A stretch of DNA of 64,000 nucleotides from an uncultured Bacteroidales bacterium (GTDB lineage: Bacteria; Bacteroidota; Bacteroidia; Bacteroidales; ML635J-15), in assembly GCA_937982115.1 (NCBI GenBank), contig CALJNE010000002.1, positions 3,612 to 67,611 of the forward strand. The letters are read 5' to 3'. Numbering within the stretch: position 1 is the first letter of the stretch; every line of letters starts with the position of its first letter. Below the pieces are notes generated by a model. The model was not told where the DNA came from, did not search any database, and saw only the letters and a list, made by a program, of their open reading frames with translations. The translations under genes were made by a program, and so were the position numbers. Of this stretch, positions 28,019 through 38,604 are shown in pieces.

Positions 28019-28053
28019 ATTAGCAGTGTTAAATTTTTGCAAATATAAAAAGT

Positions 28054-29115
28054 ATGAAGAATATTGCCCTAATGATAATATGTAGTTTATCTTATTTAAG
28101 TTTATTTTCTCAATATTATAAAATTCCAGATTGGGCAGAAAATTTACCACAAAGCTCTAATTATTCAATATATTCTATAGGGATAAGCGATCCTAGAATT
28201 AAAGATACAGAATTAGCAGAAAACATTGCAATACACAGGGCTTTATGCTTTGCCATAATTGCCTCGAAATCGGATGTGCTCTTAATTTCTGATTATTTCG
28301 AAAAGAAAAGCGAAGAATATCGCTGGATAATAATGAAAGATAATGTCGAAGAATTGAGTAAAATTATTGCTTCAGGATATGTTGATAAAAATAATTATAC
28401 CGTGCTTGATAAGTTCACTAACGAAAACGATGAAATCTTTGTCTTATTAAAATATGTACCTGACAATTCAAAAACTCCTAATTTTTTTGTTGACGCAGAA
28501 TATTATCGTAAAGAATTTGAGGTAAGCAATACAAGAGCATTAGAATCGGTAAAAAACATTATTCTTAAGTCAAAATGGAAATCTCCCGAAATGAAAGACA
28601 CGCTTCGAAGTGTTTACGAGCTTGTTATTTGGAATAATGACATCACCGTTAAAAATCAATTTAATAATAAAACCGTAACAACTCCGGGCTTCTCGTACGA
28701 ATATTTTTCAACTATCCCAGAAAATTTTGAACCGAGTTTATATACAGGAAACGGAAGTGTAAAGAAAGGAATCTGGATTGGATATCTCGAAACAATGATG
28801 CAAAGTTTTGTAATAGCCTCAAAAAATTATCAATCGAAGTTTGCAACAGTATCAGATGACTATAAAGTCAGTCGAAACGACGGAATTTATGAAACCAGCA
28901 CCGAAAGTTTATCCAGAAGTGTTAGCCGGAACAACCTGTCATTTGAATACGCAGGCTTTGGAATTAATGAAAATCGTATTTACACAAGAACTTATCTTTT
29001 TGGCCAACGCCCGGCATATAAAACCTACGCAGCAATTAAAGCAGAACAAGACAGTATTGCTAACAGTAAAAAAAGCAAATGTTTCTTAAAAAGACTTTTT
29101 AAGGAAAAGAAATAA
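28054..29115 (+). CDS. Hypothetical secreted protein
   Basis: Signal-like N-terminus and K-rich C-terminus. I recognise no domain beyond a vague LPP20-like start. Confidence 0.45.
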   Translation: MKNIALMIICSLSYLSLFSQYYKIPDWAENLPQSSNYSIYSIGISDPRIKDTELAENIAIHRALCFAIIASKSDVLLISDYFEKKSEEYRWIIMKDNVEELSKIIASGYVDKNNYTVLDKFTNENDEIFVLLKYVPDNSKTPNFFVDAEYYRKEFEVSNTRALESVKNIILKSKWKSPEMKDTLRSVYELVIWNNDITVKNQFNNKTVTTPGFSYEYFSTIPENFEPSLYTGNGSVKKGIWIGYLETMMQSFVIASKNYQSKFATVSDDYKVSRNDGIYETSTESLSRSVSRNNLSFEYAGFGINENRIYTRTYLFGQRPAYKTYAAIKAEQDSIANSKKSKCFLKRLFKEKK

Positions 29116-29167
29116 TTACCGAAAAATTTAGTATTCCGGCAATTATTAATTTAAAGAAAAATCATCA

Positions 29168-29500
29168 TTATTCTTCGTCAGAATCTGAATCCTGATATTC
29201 AGAATAATTTTCGTTTTCGGAATTTTCGCGTGGCATAAAATACTCAGGCTTTTGTTCCTTGATGTATTCTACAGCTTTTTCGTAACCTTCGGCAAACTTT
29301 CCAAAATCTTCTTTATATAAGAAAACTTTGTGTTTTTCGAATCTGTAGTTTCCATCACGGTCAAAAACCTTTTTACTTTCAGTAATTGTAAGGTAGAAAT
29401 CCCCTTGTTTAGTTTCTTTCACATCAAAAAAATACGTTCTTTTTCCGGCTCTAACAGACACAGAAAAAATTTCCTCTCTCCTTTTTTCATTGCCTTCCAT
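29168..29500 (-). CDS. PUR-alpha-like nucleic-acid-binding protein (DUF3276 family)
   Basis: Single PUR-repeat-like pattern (SVRAGKRTYFFDVKETKQGDFYLTITESKK...KHKVFLYKEDF) with an acidic tail. Confidence 0.55.
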   Translation of the reverse strand: MEGNEKRREEIFSVSVRAGKRTYFFDVKETKQGDFYLTITESKKVFDRDGNYRFEKHKVFLYKEDFGKFAEGYEKAVEYIKEQKPEYFMPRENSENENYSEYQDSDSDEE

Positions 29501-29612
29501 ACAACACTATTTAATTGTTCAGCACAAATATAAATAAAAAATAAATATACAAACAACAATTTCAAAGATTTTTTTCATTGATTTTTTTTATTGTCGGTAA
29601 AAAGAATTAAAT

Positions 29613-29620
29613 TATTTTTG
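29613..29620 (+). promoter_or_regulatory. -7 box TAttTTTG for nusB
   Basis: TATTTTTGCAC 31 nt upstream of ATG 29651. Confidence 0.45.
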
Positions 29621-29650
29621 CACAGCAAATTTTTTGACAAGTACATTAAC

Positions 29651-30598
29651 ATGATTAGCCGAAGATTAATTCGATTGAAGGTGATGCAGATTCACTACGG
29701 TTTTTTACAGTCTGATGATATTTCCGAATTATCAAAACTGGAAAACGATTTAAATTACAGTATAGAACAATCATACAATTTATTTTTAAGTTTACATTGT
29801 TTATTGATAGAACTTTTTGACCTCGAAAGAGAAAAAGTAGAAATCAGAAAAAACAAGTTATTACCAAGTCCGGAAGATTTGAACCCTAACACAAAATTCA
29901 TTGATAATGAAATAATCAAACGAATTAAAGAACACCCACTAATTCAAAAGACGTGTAAAAACTCTGATTTGAATTGGGTCGAGCAATACAGATTAATTAA
30001 TAATATACATGAAACTTTGATAAAATCCGAACATTATCAAAAATTCATGAATAACGGGAAATTGGGAATTGAACAGAATTATGATATCATTGCCTATATT
30101 TTAGAAAAAATAGTTTTGAAGAACAAACTTCTTGAAGAAATTTTGGAAGATCGAAACATTTTCTGGAACGATGATCTTGAGTTTTGGGTAAGTAATATTT
30201 TGCAATACTTAAAAAAATACAAAAAAAATCCGGAAACATTCGAGATACCGGGCGTTTGGAGAGATGAAGAAGACAAAACATTTGCCTTCAGATTGCTTAA
30301 GTTTTCTGTTCTAAACAGACAAAAATTTGATGCCATAATTGTTGATGCATTACAAAAATGGGAATTAGAAAGATTAGCCTTAGTTGACAGATCGCTTCTG
30401 CATCTTGCAATTTGTGAATATACCGAAATGCCTGAAGTTCCCGTAAAAGTTACAATAAACGAGTATATCGAAATTTCAAAGTACTACAGCACCGAAAAAA
30501 GCAGTGTTTTTATTAATGGTATTCTTGATAAAATTCACCTAATACTTAAAGAAAAAGGGCAACTCATAAAAGAAGGACGAGGCTTAGCTGATTGTTAA
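29651..30598 (+). CDS. nusB: Transcription antitermination factor NusB (long form)
   Basis: MISRRLIRLKVMQ start. C-terminal NusB core: WELERLALVDRSLLHLAICEY...INEYIEISKYYSTEKSSVFINGILDKI. Confidence 0.8.
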   Translation: MISRRLIRLKVMQIHYGFLQSDDISELSKLENDLNYSIEQSYNLFLSLHCLLIELFDLEREKVEIRKNKLLPSPEDLNPNTKFIDNEIIKRIKEHPLIQKTCKNSDLNWVEQYRLINNIHETLIKSEHYQKFMNNGKLGIEQNYDIIAYILEKIVLKNKLLEEILEDRNIFWNDDLEFWVSNILQYLKKYKKNPETFEIPGVWRDEEDKTFAFRLLKFSVLNRQKFDAIIVDALQKWELERLALVDRSLLHLAICEYTEMPEVPVKVTINEYIEISKYYSTEKSSVFINGILDKIHLILKEKGQLIKEGRGLADC

Positions 30599-30673
30599 CA
30601 TTTTTTAATGATTTTATTCTCAAAATATCTTTAAAATATTTTATTTTTGTAAAACTTTAAATTTTTAATAAAA

Positions 30674-31120
30674 ATGAAAGGATTAGTTTTTTGTTCGATA
30701 GTTTTGTTTAGTGTGATGGCATTTTCATGTAAAAACGACAACAAAAAAACCGGAGGAGATTATAATATTAACAATCCTAATTCGGCAACGGAAAATGTAG
30801 TTTCCGGTTTACCAACGATTGATTTTGAAGAAATGGAATATAACTTTGGTACTGTTATCGCAGGTGAAAAAGTTTCGCATGCTTTTGTTTTTAAAAATAA
30901 TGGGAAAGGGAATCTAATAATTTCAAATGTAAAAACATCATGCGGTTGCACAGCATCTAAATGGACAAAAGAACCGGTAAAACCCGGAGAAACTGGCATT
31001 GTAGAAGTTGTGTTCGACAGCGCAAATCGTAGTGGCAAACAAACAAAAACAGCGATAGTATATTCAAACGCTCAACCAAATTCAACCGAATTGGTTATAC
31101 ATTGTGATGTAATAAATTAA
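30674..31120 (+). CDS. DUF1573 domain lipoprotein
   Basis: Lipobox AFSC; FGTV..GEKVSH.F.FKN.G...L.I..V.TSCGCT pattern. Confidence 0.75.
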   Translation: MKGLVFCSIVLFSVMAFSCKNDNKKTGGDYNINNPNSATENVVSGLPTIDFEEMEYNFGTVIAGEKVSHAFVFKNNGKGNLIISNVKTSCGCTASKWTKEPVKPGETGIVEVVFDSANRSGKQTKTAIVYSNAQPNSTELVIHCDVIN

Positions 31121-31145
31121 AATTAACTAAATTAAATCAAAAATT

Positions 31146-31463
31146 ATGATGAATCAATTGTTTTTAATGGCTGGACAAGAAGGACAAAGTCCTTACGGAT
31201 CACTTATTTTCTTAGGTCTTATTATTCTTGTTTTTTACTTTTTTATGATTAGACCACAAATCAAAAGACAAAAAGAAGCACAAAAATTTAGAAACAGTCT
31301 TCAGAAAGGCGACAAAGTAATCACAGCTGGCGGAATCTACGGTATCATCACCGAAGTTCATGACACATATGTAATGGTTGAAATTGATACAAACGTAAAA
31401 GTTAAAATTGATAAAGGCTCAATCGTTGCAAGTCCGGCTGATCTTCAAAACACTCAGAAATAA
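31146..31463 (+). CDS. yajC: Preprotein translocase subunit YajC
   Basis: One TM segment, then RPQ.KRQKE...L.KGD.V.T.GGI.G motif. Confidence 0.85.
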   Translation: MMNQLFLMAGQEGQSPYGSLIFLGLIILVFYFFMIRPQIKRQKEAQKFRNSLQKGDKVITAGGIYGIITEVHDTYVMVEIDTNVKVKIDKGSIVASPADLQNTQK

Positions 31464-31469
31464 TTTATT

Positions 31470-32462
31470 ATGGATAAAAAGAAGAACATTGTATTGGTTC
31501 TGAAACGAAAATTCAGAAGTCGCAATGTTCTTATTTTTTTATTTTTTGTTATTATCTCAACAGTTTTGTGGTTTTTAAATGCACTCAATAAAACCTATGT
31601 TTCGGATTTTAAATTAAATATTTCATTCACAAATATTCCGGAAGACTTAATACAAAAAAATATCAGTAAAACTTTTGTTGTTAAAGTTAAAGGATCCGGT
31701 TTTTCCTTAATCCGTGAAAAATTTAATAACCTCGACATACCAATAAATATAGATTTAAACAATAAAAACATAAAAATTTTTTCTCTCCAAAATTCTTCCG
31801 AAAAATATATATTAACTCGAGATATTGCTCCATTGATTAGCAAATTATTTTCCGATGAAGTAAGTATTGAAAAAATTCTTCCCGATACAATTTTTTTTAT
31901 TGATAAAAGAGGTATTTCAAAAACAGTCCCTATCAAGGCAAATTTAGTTTTTTCCGAAAACGACCTCTCCAACTTTATTTCTGAAATTATTATTTCACCA
32001 AAAACAATAACTATTTATGGTGAAAAAGCAGTTATTGATACAATTAATTACTTATACACTCAACGGAGGGAAGTAAGTCTTACTAGCCTCAATAATTATT
32101 TTGAACTTCCCATATTAGACAACTTTGAAGATAAAATCAATTTTTCGTTAAAAAAAGTTATTGTAAATGTAAAGATAGAAGAATTTACTGAAAAAAAATT
32201 GTTGGTAAAAATCACTCCAGAAAATTTTCCAGAAGAATTTGACGTAATATTATCGCCCATTGAAGTAAACATTGTTTGTAAAATACCACTCAGCGAGTAC
32301 GACAATATTAAACCAGAAGATTTTCATGCATTTGTTGATTACCAGATTAGAGGGAAGGATATGATACAGGTAAAAGTCGAAAGCAAAAACACAAAAGCAA
32401 AAGTTACTCAGATAAACCCGGAATTTATAAGTTATATTTTACAAAAGAAAAATCATGATTAA
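31470..32462 (+). CDS. YbbR-like domain protein
   Basis: N-terminal TM segment followed by repeated beta-rich YbbR-like segments. Position after yajC is typical. Confidence 0.55.
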   Translation: MDKKKNIVLVLKRKFRSRNVLIFLFFVIISTVLWFLNALNKTYVSDFKLNISFTNIPEDLIQKNISKTFVVKVKGSGFSLIREKFNNLDIPINIDLNNKNIKIFSLQNSSEKYILTRDIAPLISKLFSDEVSIEKILPDTIFFIDKRGISKTVPIKANLVFSENDLSNFISEIIISPKTITIYGEKAVIDTINYLYTQRREVSLTSLNNYFELPILDNFEDKINFSLKKVIVNVKIEEFTEKKLLVKITPENFPEEFDVILSPIEVNIVCKIPLSEYDNIKPEDFHAFVDYQIRGKDMIQVKVESKNTKAKVTQINPEFISYILQKKNHD

Positions 32463-33042
32463 AATAGGACTTACCGGAATTATTGGTTCCGGCAAATCTA
32501 CAGTTTCTAAAATTTTTGAAACACTTCAAATCCCTGTTTATTATTCAGACTTAAGAGCTTCGGAATTGATAAACAGCAACCAACACATTGTCAATTCTTT
32601 AAAAAATAAATACGGCGAAACCATTTATACAAATGGAACGCTAAATAAACCTTTATTGGCAAGCATTATCTTTAACAACAATGATGAAAGAAAATTTGTA
32701 AATTCTGTAGTTCATCCCATTGTTATAAATGATTTCAAATTTTGGTCGGGAAATCAAAAAGCTAATATTGTTGCAATTGAATCGGCTTTAATTTATGAAA
32801 CATCATTAAAGAATATTTTAAATTATATTATTGAAGTTAAAAGTCCTCACGAATTGCTTCTCAAGCGAATTATCAAAAGAGATAACATTTCAAGAGCTGA
32901 AGCATTAAAAAAAATTAATTCTCAAAAAGCATTGTACACCAATGAAAAACCTGATTTTGTGATTGTAAATGACGAAAAGCAATCCCTAATACTACAGACA
33001 CAAATATTATTAACAAAACTTGGACATAATGAAGCTTGGTAA
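32455..33042 (+). CDS. coaE: Dephospho-CoA kinase
   Basis: [14 protein letters not shown]-loop, ~195 aa. Confidence 0.85.
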   Translation: MIKIGLTGIIGSGKSTVSKIFETLQIPVYYSDLRASELINSNQHIVNSLKNKYGETIYTNGTLNKPLLASIIFNNNDERKFVNSVVHPIVINDFKFWSGNQKANIVAIESALIYETSLKNILNYIIEVKSPHELLLKRIIKRDNISRAEALKKINSQKALYTNEKPDFVIVNDEKQSLILQTQILLTKLGHNEAW

Positions 33043-33754
33043 AATCATTGGAGCCGGTTTAGGATGGGCATTTGGCGGACCTATTGGTGCTTTATTGGGT
33101 CTAATTATAGGTGGGTTTCTCGATGCCGTGAGTGTTAGCACAGTTAATATTTCAGGCAATAAAACAACCAGAGGAGACTTTATTTTAAGTTTATTGGTAC
33201 TATCAGCGGCCGTAATGAAAGCTGATAATGTTGTTAGAAAGAGCGAACTTAATTTTGTAAAAAAATTTTTACTTCAAAATTTCAACGAAGAGGAAACTCT
33301 CGAAGCTCTTAAGATTTTAAAAGAAATTCTCAATAGAGACATAAACCTCGACGAGGTTTGTGCTCAAATAAAAATGAAAATGACTAAACCTCTGAAACTT
33401 CAAATTATTCATTATTTATTTGGGATAGCTTACGCAGATGGAGAACTACATGATAACGAAAAAGAAACAATAAGGCAGATTTGCTTTAAAATAGGATTGT
33501 CAGACTACGATTTTGAAACGATTTATTCAATGTATAAGCCTAAAGTAAATATTGATGATTATTACAGCGTTTTAGGAGTGAGCAAATCTGCAAGCAACGA
33601 AGAAATAAAAAAAGCATACAAAAGTTTAGCTGTTAAGCACCATCCGGATAAAGTTGCTCACCTGGGCGAAGACATTCAAAAGGCTGCACAGGAAAAATTC
33701 AAAAAAATCAATGAAGCATACGAATTCATTAAAAAAGAAAGAAAGATGAATTAA
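33029..33754 (+). CDS. DjlA-like co-chaperone (TerB-like domain + C-terminal J domain)
   Basis: Gly-rich TM N-terminus, then the J domain [32 protein letters not shown] at the C-terminus. Start set at ATG 33029. Confidence 0.75.
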   Translation: MKLGKIIGAGLGWAFGGPIGALLGLIIGGFLDAVSVSTVNISGNKTTRGDFILSLLVLSAAVMKADNVVRKSELNFVKKFLLQNFNEEETLEALKILKEILNRDINLDEVCAQIKMKMTKPLKLQIIHYLFGIAYADGELHDNEKETIRQICFKIGLSDYDFETIYSMYKPKVNIDDYYSVLGVSKSASNEEIKKAYKSLAVKHHPDKVAHLGEDIQKAAQEKFKKINEAYEFIKKERKMN

Positions 33755-33797
33755 TTTTAAGGCATAAATTTTGTTTGCCGATATTTTATTTTAATTT

Positions 33798-33805
33798 TAT
33801 TTTTG
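33798..33805 (+). promoter_or_regulatory. -7 box TAttTTTG
   Basis: TATTTTTGCA 27 nt upstream of ATG 33832. Confidence 0.45.
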
Positions 33806-33831
33806 CATTCGAATTACTAAAAAGATTGGTT

Positions 33832-34281
33832 ATGTATTTGGAAGGAATATTAGCAATTTCGGGACAGTCCGGATTATTCAAATTGATTTCAAAAGGGAAA
33901 AGCAGTGTTATTGTTGAATCATTAATCACCGGTAAAAGAATGCCGGCTTTCAGCACATCAAGGATTAGCACATTGGAAGATGTTGCCGTTTATACCGATG
34001 ACGGAGAAATTCCTTTAAAAGATATTTTTAACAATATTTTCAAAAAGTACGAAGGGAAAAAAATAGATAATTCCATAATTAAGAACAATAATTATCTGGA
34101 ATTTTTCGAAACAGTATTACCTAATTTCGACAGAGACAGAGTTTACCAATCAGATGTGAAAAAAATCGTAAACTGGTACAACTGCTTGATTGATAATAAT
34201 ATTATAAACGAAAATTCTGTTAAGGAATCAGAAGAATCTGAAGAAAAAATCGAACAAGTCAGCGATTCTGAAGAAGAATAA
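33832..34281 (+). CDS. Conserved hypothetical protein (DUF5606-like) with acidic tail
   Basis: MYLEGILAISGQSGLFKLISKGK start recalls the DUF5606 family. SEESEEKIEQVSDSEEE tail. Confidence 0.45.
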   Translation: MYLEGILAISGQSGLFKLISKGKSSVIVESLITGKRMPAFSTSRISTLEDVAVYTDDGEIPLKDIFNNIFKKYEGKKIDNSIIKNNNYLEFFETVLPNFDRDRVYQSDVKKIVNWYNCLIDNNIINENSVKESEESEEKIEQVSDSEEE

Positions 34282-34518
34282 TTATTCAGTTTCATCATCA
34301 TGATTGTGGAGATTTGCTCCTCCACAACAACCTACATTTAAACCGCAAGCTTTGTATTCATCATGTTTTACACATGTAATACTAAGCTTGCGCATATTTT
34401 TATTTTTGCTTATTGAAGTTTGCGGGAATTTTTTCTTCTTTGTAAAAAAAATATTAATTCCTAAACCAATAATCACCAAAATTAAAAATCCAATAACAAG
34501 TAATAAAACTTTCCACAT
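34282..34518 (-). CDS. Small membrane protein with Cys-rich C-terminal tail
   Basis: One TM segment, a KKKK stop-transfer, then C..H....C.....CCGG...H.H. Lies 30 nt downstream of the NhaC-like gene. Confidence 0.4.
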   Translation of the reverse strand: MWKVLLLVIGFLILVIIGLGINIFFTKKKKFPQTSISKNKNMRKLSITCVKHDEYKACGLNVGCCGGANLHNHDDETE

Positions 34519-34548
34519 AAAAAATATTTTTTATTAAAACCAAAAATT

Positions 34549-36498
34549 CTATGTTTTGTTTATTTCTGTTTCTGTAGGTTTACCAAAGAAATATATAACC
34601 AACACAGTCGAAATTATCATTAGCAAATAAGTAATGTAGATATTCAATCCGCTCTCTACTAGAAAAGTTCCAAATAATGCAGAAATTAAAGCAGTAATTA
34701 AGGCATAAGGAGCTTGAGTTCTTACGTGCTGAATATGATTACATGAAGAAGACAATGAACTCAAAATTGTGGTATCTGAAATTGGACTGCAATGGTCTCC
34801 AAAAACAGAACCGGAAATTACTGTAGCACATACGTGAGCAAATACCTCCAGGGATTGCCCGTAATCTAAACCTGAATGAACAGATAGTGCCCAGGTAGCC
34901 GGTAAAATCAAAGGATACATTATGGCCATTGTTCCCCATGAGGTGCCTGTGCTAAACGATACCAGAGCAGAAACAATAAAACTTAGTAGTGGTAATACAT
35001 TTGGACTTATTTCGGCTGTGGTTATGATACGAATAATGAAATCTGCTGTTCGTAAATCGGAAATAAGATTAGATAAAGCCCATGCTAAACATAAAATGAT
35101 AATTGCAGTAAGCATTATCTTAAAACCACTCAAAATACTTTCTGCCGCTTCTTTAATTGACAGGATTTTTTGTGCAACACTCATAATTACGGCAACAACC
35201 AAAGCCAAACCCGAAGCACGTATTAAAGATACATAAGAATCAGAATTGCCAATTATCTGGGATAGTTTTGTAGCAAAACCTATTTCAGAATTATTCCAGA
35301 CATTTGTATCCCAACCTGTATAAAACAGACCGATGATAGTACCTAAAACAAGTACCAAAACCGGAATTATTGCATTAAATGCTTTTGGTTTTTCAACCGA
35401 ACTTTCAAATTCTTTGAGACTATGTTCTATTTTTTTCTCATTCGATGGTAAAGAAACCCCCTTTGTTCTTGCTCTTATTTCGGCTTTATACATTGGACCG
35501 AAATCACGTTTAAGATATATTATCATCAAAATAAAAAACAAAGCTAAAAAGGGATAAAAACAATATTTTAAGCTCATAAAGAAAATACTGTAAGGACTAA
35601 CATCCAAATTTGCCAGAGTAATAGCTGATTGAATATAACTAAGCTCCGCTCCTATCCAGGTTGTAACAAAAGCTATTGACGCAACCGGAGCTGCAGTGCT
35701 GTCAACTATATATGCCAGCTTTTCTCGAGAAATCTTCAACTTATCAGTAACGGGGCGGATAGTATTTCCAACTATAAGTGTATTTGCGTAATCATCGAAA
35801 AAAATTAAAACTCCCATAAGCCATGCAACAAACTGACCAGAACGAGGAGTATTTGCATAATTGGTTAATTTATTTATAATACCCTGCATCCCTCCGTTAC
35901 GGCTAATTACGTTTACTGTGGCACCTATTAACATACTGAAAATAATTATAGAAACATGTGATCTGTCTGATAAGGCTCTAACAATATAAGTATCGAAAAC
36001 ACCAAAAAATGCTGTTCCAATTGAAACTATATAGCCGGTGCCTGAATAAAAAGCAATTATTAATGTTCCTGAAAAAATTCCAAGAAAAATTGCTGTATAA
36101 ACTTCTTTAAAAATCAAAGCCAGCAATATAGCAATCAAGGGAGGCAGTATTGATAGCCATAAAGGTATGGGATTAATTTCTTTTGAAACAGAAATATCTT
36201 CACAAGATAAAATCAATTCCGATTTTTCTTTAAAATTGAATTTTAATGTCGCAACTCCTTCATAGAAAAAGATATCAACCTTTTGTCCATTAATAAAAAT
36301 ACTGCTGAAACAATCGTAATCAGCAACTTTTCCTAAACTGTCGAGTGCGATTATTTTTAATTCTGATTCCACACCTTTGATAATTGGTGCAGAATTTTCG
36401 AATTTGAATTCTTTTACAATAGAATTTTGAGCATCAGAAAAAAATGCAGTAAAAAGAAATAATGAAAGAAACAGAATATTGAAAAAAATTTTTTTCAT
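34549..36498 (-). CDS. NhaC-family Na+/H+ antiporter with extra N-terminal extracytoplasmic domain
   Basis: Signal peptide plus ~110-aa soluble segment, then a polytopic NhaC-like body; 649 aa. Confidence 0.65.
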   Translation of the reverse strand: MKKIFFNILFLSLFLFTAFFSDAQNSIVKEFKFENSAPIIKGVESELKIIALDSLGKVADYDCFSSIFINGQKVDIFFYEGVATLKFNFKEKSELILSCEDISVSKEINPIPLWLSILPPLIAILLALIFKEVYTAIFLGIFSGTLIIAFYSGTGYIVSIGTAFFGVFDTYIVRALSDRSHVSIIIFSMLIGATVNVISRNGGMQGIINKLTNYANTPRSGQFVAWLMGVLIFFDDYANTLIVGNTIRPVTDKLKISREKLAYIVDSTAAPVASIAFVTTWIGAELSYIQSAITLANLDVSPYSIFFMSLKYCFYPFLALFFILMIIYLKRDFGPMYKAEIRARTKGVSLPSNEKKIEHSLKEFESSVEKPKAFNAIIPVLVLVLGTIIGLFYTGWDTNVWNNSEIGFATKLSQIIGNSDSYVSLIRASGLALVVAVIMSVAQKILSIKEAAESILSGFKIMLTAIIILCLAWALSNLISDLRTADFIIRIITTAEISPNVLPLLSFIVSALVSFSTGTSWGTMAIMYPLILPATWALSVHSGLDYGQSLEVFAHVCATVISGSVFGDHCSPISDTTILSSLSSSCNHIQHVRTQAPYALITALISALFGTFLVESGLNIYITYLLMIISTVLVIYFFGKPTETEINKT

Positions 36499-38234
36499 TA
36501 ACTTTTAATCCATTGATCAACTTCGTCAACTGAAGGATTTTTCAAACCAAGTTTATGTTTTTTGTTCAAACCGCATAAAATTTGATGCAATTTTCCGACA
36601 CTGGTTTGTTTCAGCTGTGTTACGGAATTAAATCCTGCTTTTATTAAAACTTTTGCCCAATCCTCAGGAATACCCATTTCGATGAATACTTTTTCATCAA
36701 AAACTTCTGATTTTTTCTCCGGTTTCATTTGTGGGAAGAACAAAACATCCTGAATAGATTGACTATTTGTCATGAACATCGTCAGGCGGTCAATTCCAAT
36801 ACCCATACCCGAATTTGGCGGCATACCGTATTCAAGTGCTCTGAGAAAATCATGATCAATATACATAGCTTCATCGTCGCCACGCTGTGATAATCTAAGT
36901 TGTTCTTCGAATCTATGTCTTTGGTCAATAGGATCGTTTAATTCTGAATATGCATTCGCAAGTTCTTTTCCATTAACCATCAATTCAAAACGTTCGGTAA
37001 GTCCATATTTTGAGCGATGTTTTTTTGTTAGTGGCGACATCTCCACAGGATAATCAATTATAAAAGTTGGTTGAATAAAATTATGTTCGCACTTTTCTCC
37101 AAATATAGCGTCAATCAATTTTCCTTTACCCATCGAAGGATCTGTTTCTATATCTAGGTCTTTGCAAATTTGACGCAATTCATCTTCCGACTTACCTTCA
37201 ATATCATAACCTGTATACTCCTTTATGGCATCATACATGGTAATTCTACGGAAAGGTCTTTTATAATCAATGATATTATCGCCGTATTGTACTTTTGTAG
37301 TTCCGTGTAGAGCTAATGCAATTTTTTCTATCATTTCCTCCGTGAAGTTCATCATCCAAAGGTAATCCTTATATGCAACATAAATTTCGAGAACGGTAAA
37401 CTCAGGATTATGAGTTCTATCCATTCCTTCGTTGCGGAAATCTTTAGCAAATTCATAAACTCCGTCAAACCCACCAACGATTAATCTTTTCAAATAAAGT
37501 TCATTGGCAATACGTAAATATAGAGGAATATTTAACGCATTATGATGAGTAATAAAAGGTCTAGCTGCTGCTCCACCAGGAATGCTTTGCAAAATTGGAG
37601 TTTCAACTTCGAGGTAGCCTCTTTCGTTGAAAAACTCACGCATGGTGTTGATTATTTTTGTTCTTTTTATGAACACATCTTTAACCTGCGGATTAACAAT
37701 CAAATCCACATATCTTTGTCTGTATCTTTGTTCCGGATCAGTAAATGCATCGAAAACTTTTCCGTCTTTTTCTTTAACAATCGGTAAAGGACGTAATGAC
37801 TTGCAAAGAACCTTAAACTCTTTTACATGAACCGAAATCTCTCCCATCTGGGTTCTGAAGACAAAACCTTTTACTCCTATAATGTCTCCAATGTCGAGTA
37901 ATTTTTTAAAGACAACATTATACATTGTTTTGTCTTCGCCAGGACAAATATCATCGCGTTTGAAATATAGTTGAATTTTACCTTTGGAATCCTGTAACTC
38001 AGCAAATGAGGCATTTCCCATAATTCGACGACTCATAATTCGTCCTGAAATGCAAACATTTTGCAATTTTTCATTTTCTACACCATCCTCAAATTGTTCA
38101 ATAATATCACTTGTATGAATGTTCACCGGATACTCTTCAGCAGGATATGGATCTATTCCAAGATTAATTAATTCCTGTAATGCTTCACGTCTGATTATTT
38201 CCTGTTCGCTTAAACCTAATTGTTCCATCTGCAT
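36498..38234 (-). CDS. lysS: Lysine--tRNA ligase (class II) with C-terminal extension
   Basis: OB anticodon-binding domain; class II motifs (FMEVETP-like [24 protein letters not shown]). Confidence 0.95.
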   Translation of the reverse strand: MQMEQLGLSEQEIIRREALQELINLGIDPYPAEEYPVNIHTSDIIEQFEDGVENEKLQNVCISGRIMSRRIMGNASFAELQDSKGKIQLYFKRDDICPGEDKTMYNVVFKKLLDIGDIIGVKGFVFRTQMGEISVHVKEFKVLCKSLRPLPIVKEKDGKVFDAFTDPEQRYRQRYVDLIVNPQVKDVFIKRTKIINTMREFFNERGYLEVETPILQSIPGGAAARPFITHHNALNIPLYLRIANELYLKRLIVGGFDGVYEFAKDFRNEGMDRTHNPEFTVLEIYVAYKDYLWMMNFTEEMIEKIALALHGTTKVQYGDNIIDYKRPFRRITMYDAIKEYTGYDIEGKSEDELRQICKDLDIETDPSMGKGKLIDAIFGEKCEHNFIQPTFIIDYPVEMSPLTKKHRSKYGLTERFELMVNGKELANAYSELNDPIDQRHRFEEQLRLSQRGDDEAMYIDHDFLRALEYGMPPNSGMGIGIDRLTMFMTNSQSIQDVLFFPQMKPEKKSEVFDEKVFIEMGIPEDWAKVLIKAGFNSVTQLKQTSVGKLHQILCGLNKKHKLGLKNPSVDEVDQWIKS

Positions 38235-38604
38235 AAATTTTTGGCAAATTTATAAAATAGACTTCAGAATCTAAAATTTAAGCAGAAAATTATGAAATTG
38301 ATTTTTTCTTGTTTCTAAATAAATTGTCCGGCTGTGTTTAAATAATAAAGAAATTTTTGAATTTTTTGGTTTTCATTCAAATGCTTTACCGACCTAATAA
38401 TCTAACCAAAAAAAATCTGTCATGAACTTTTCCTTAGTTTTTAACTTATAAATTTTTATCAATTTAGTTCTTTATATTTCCCATTATTTTGAAAATAGAA
38501 TTTCGCAATAGCTCTCAACTTTTGAAAAAGTATTGATAAAAAATCAAAGTTTTATTATGAAAATTTGAATTAAAACATTAATATTGTTGCATAAAAATAC
38601 AAAA

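Noticed and set aside
29651-30598. Unusually long NusB (315 aa) and the ~80-aa C-terminal extension of LysS (36498-38234) as novel fusions
   Set aside because: From general knowledge, long-form NusB and extended LysS are the normal forms in Bacteroidota. They are not window-specific novelties.
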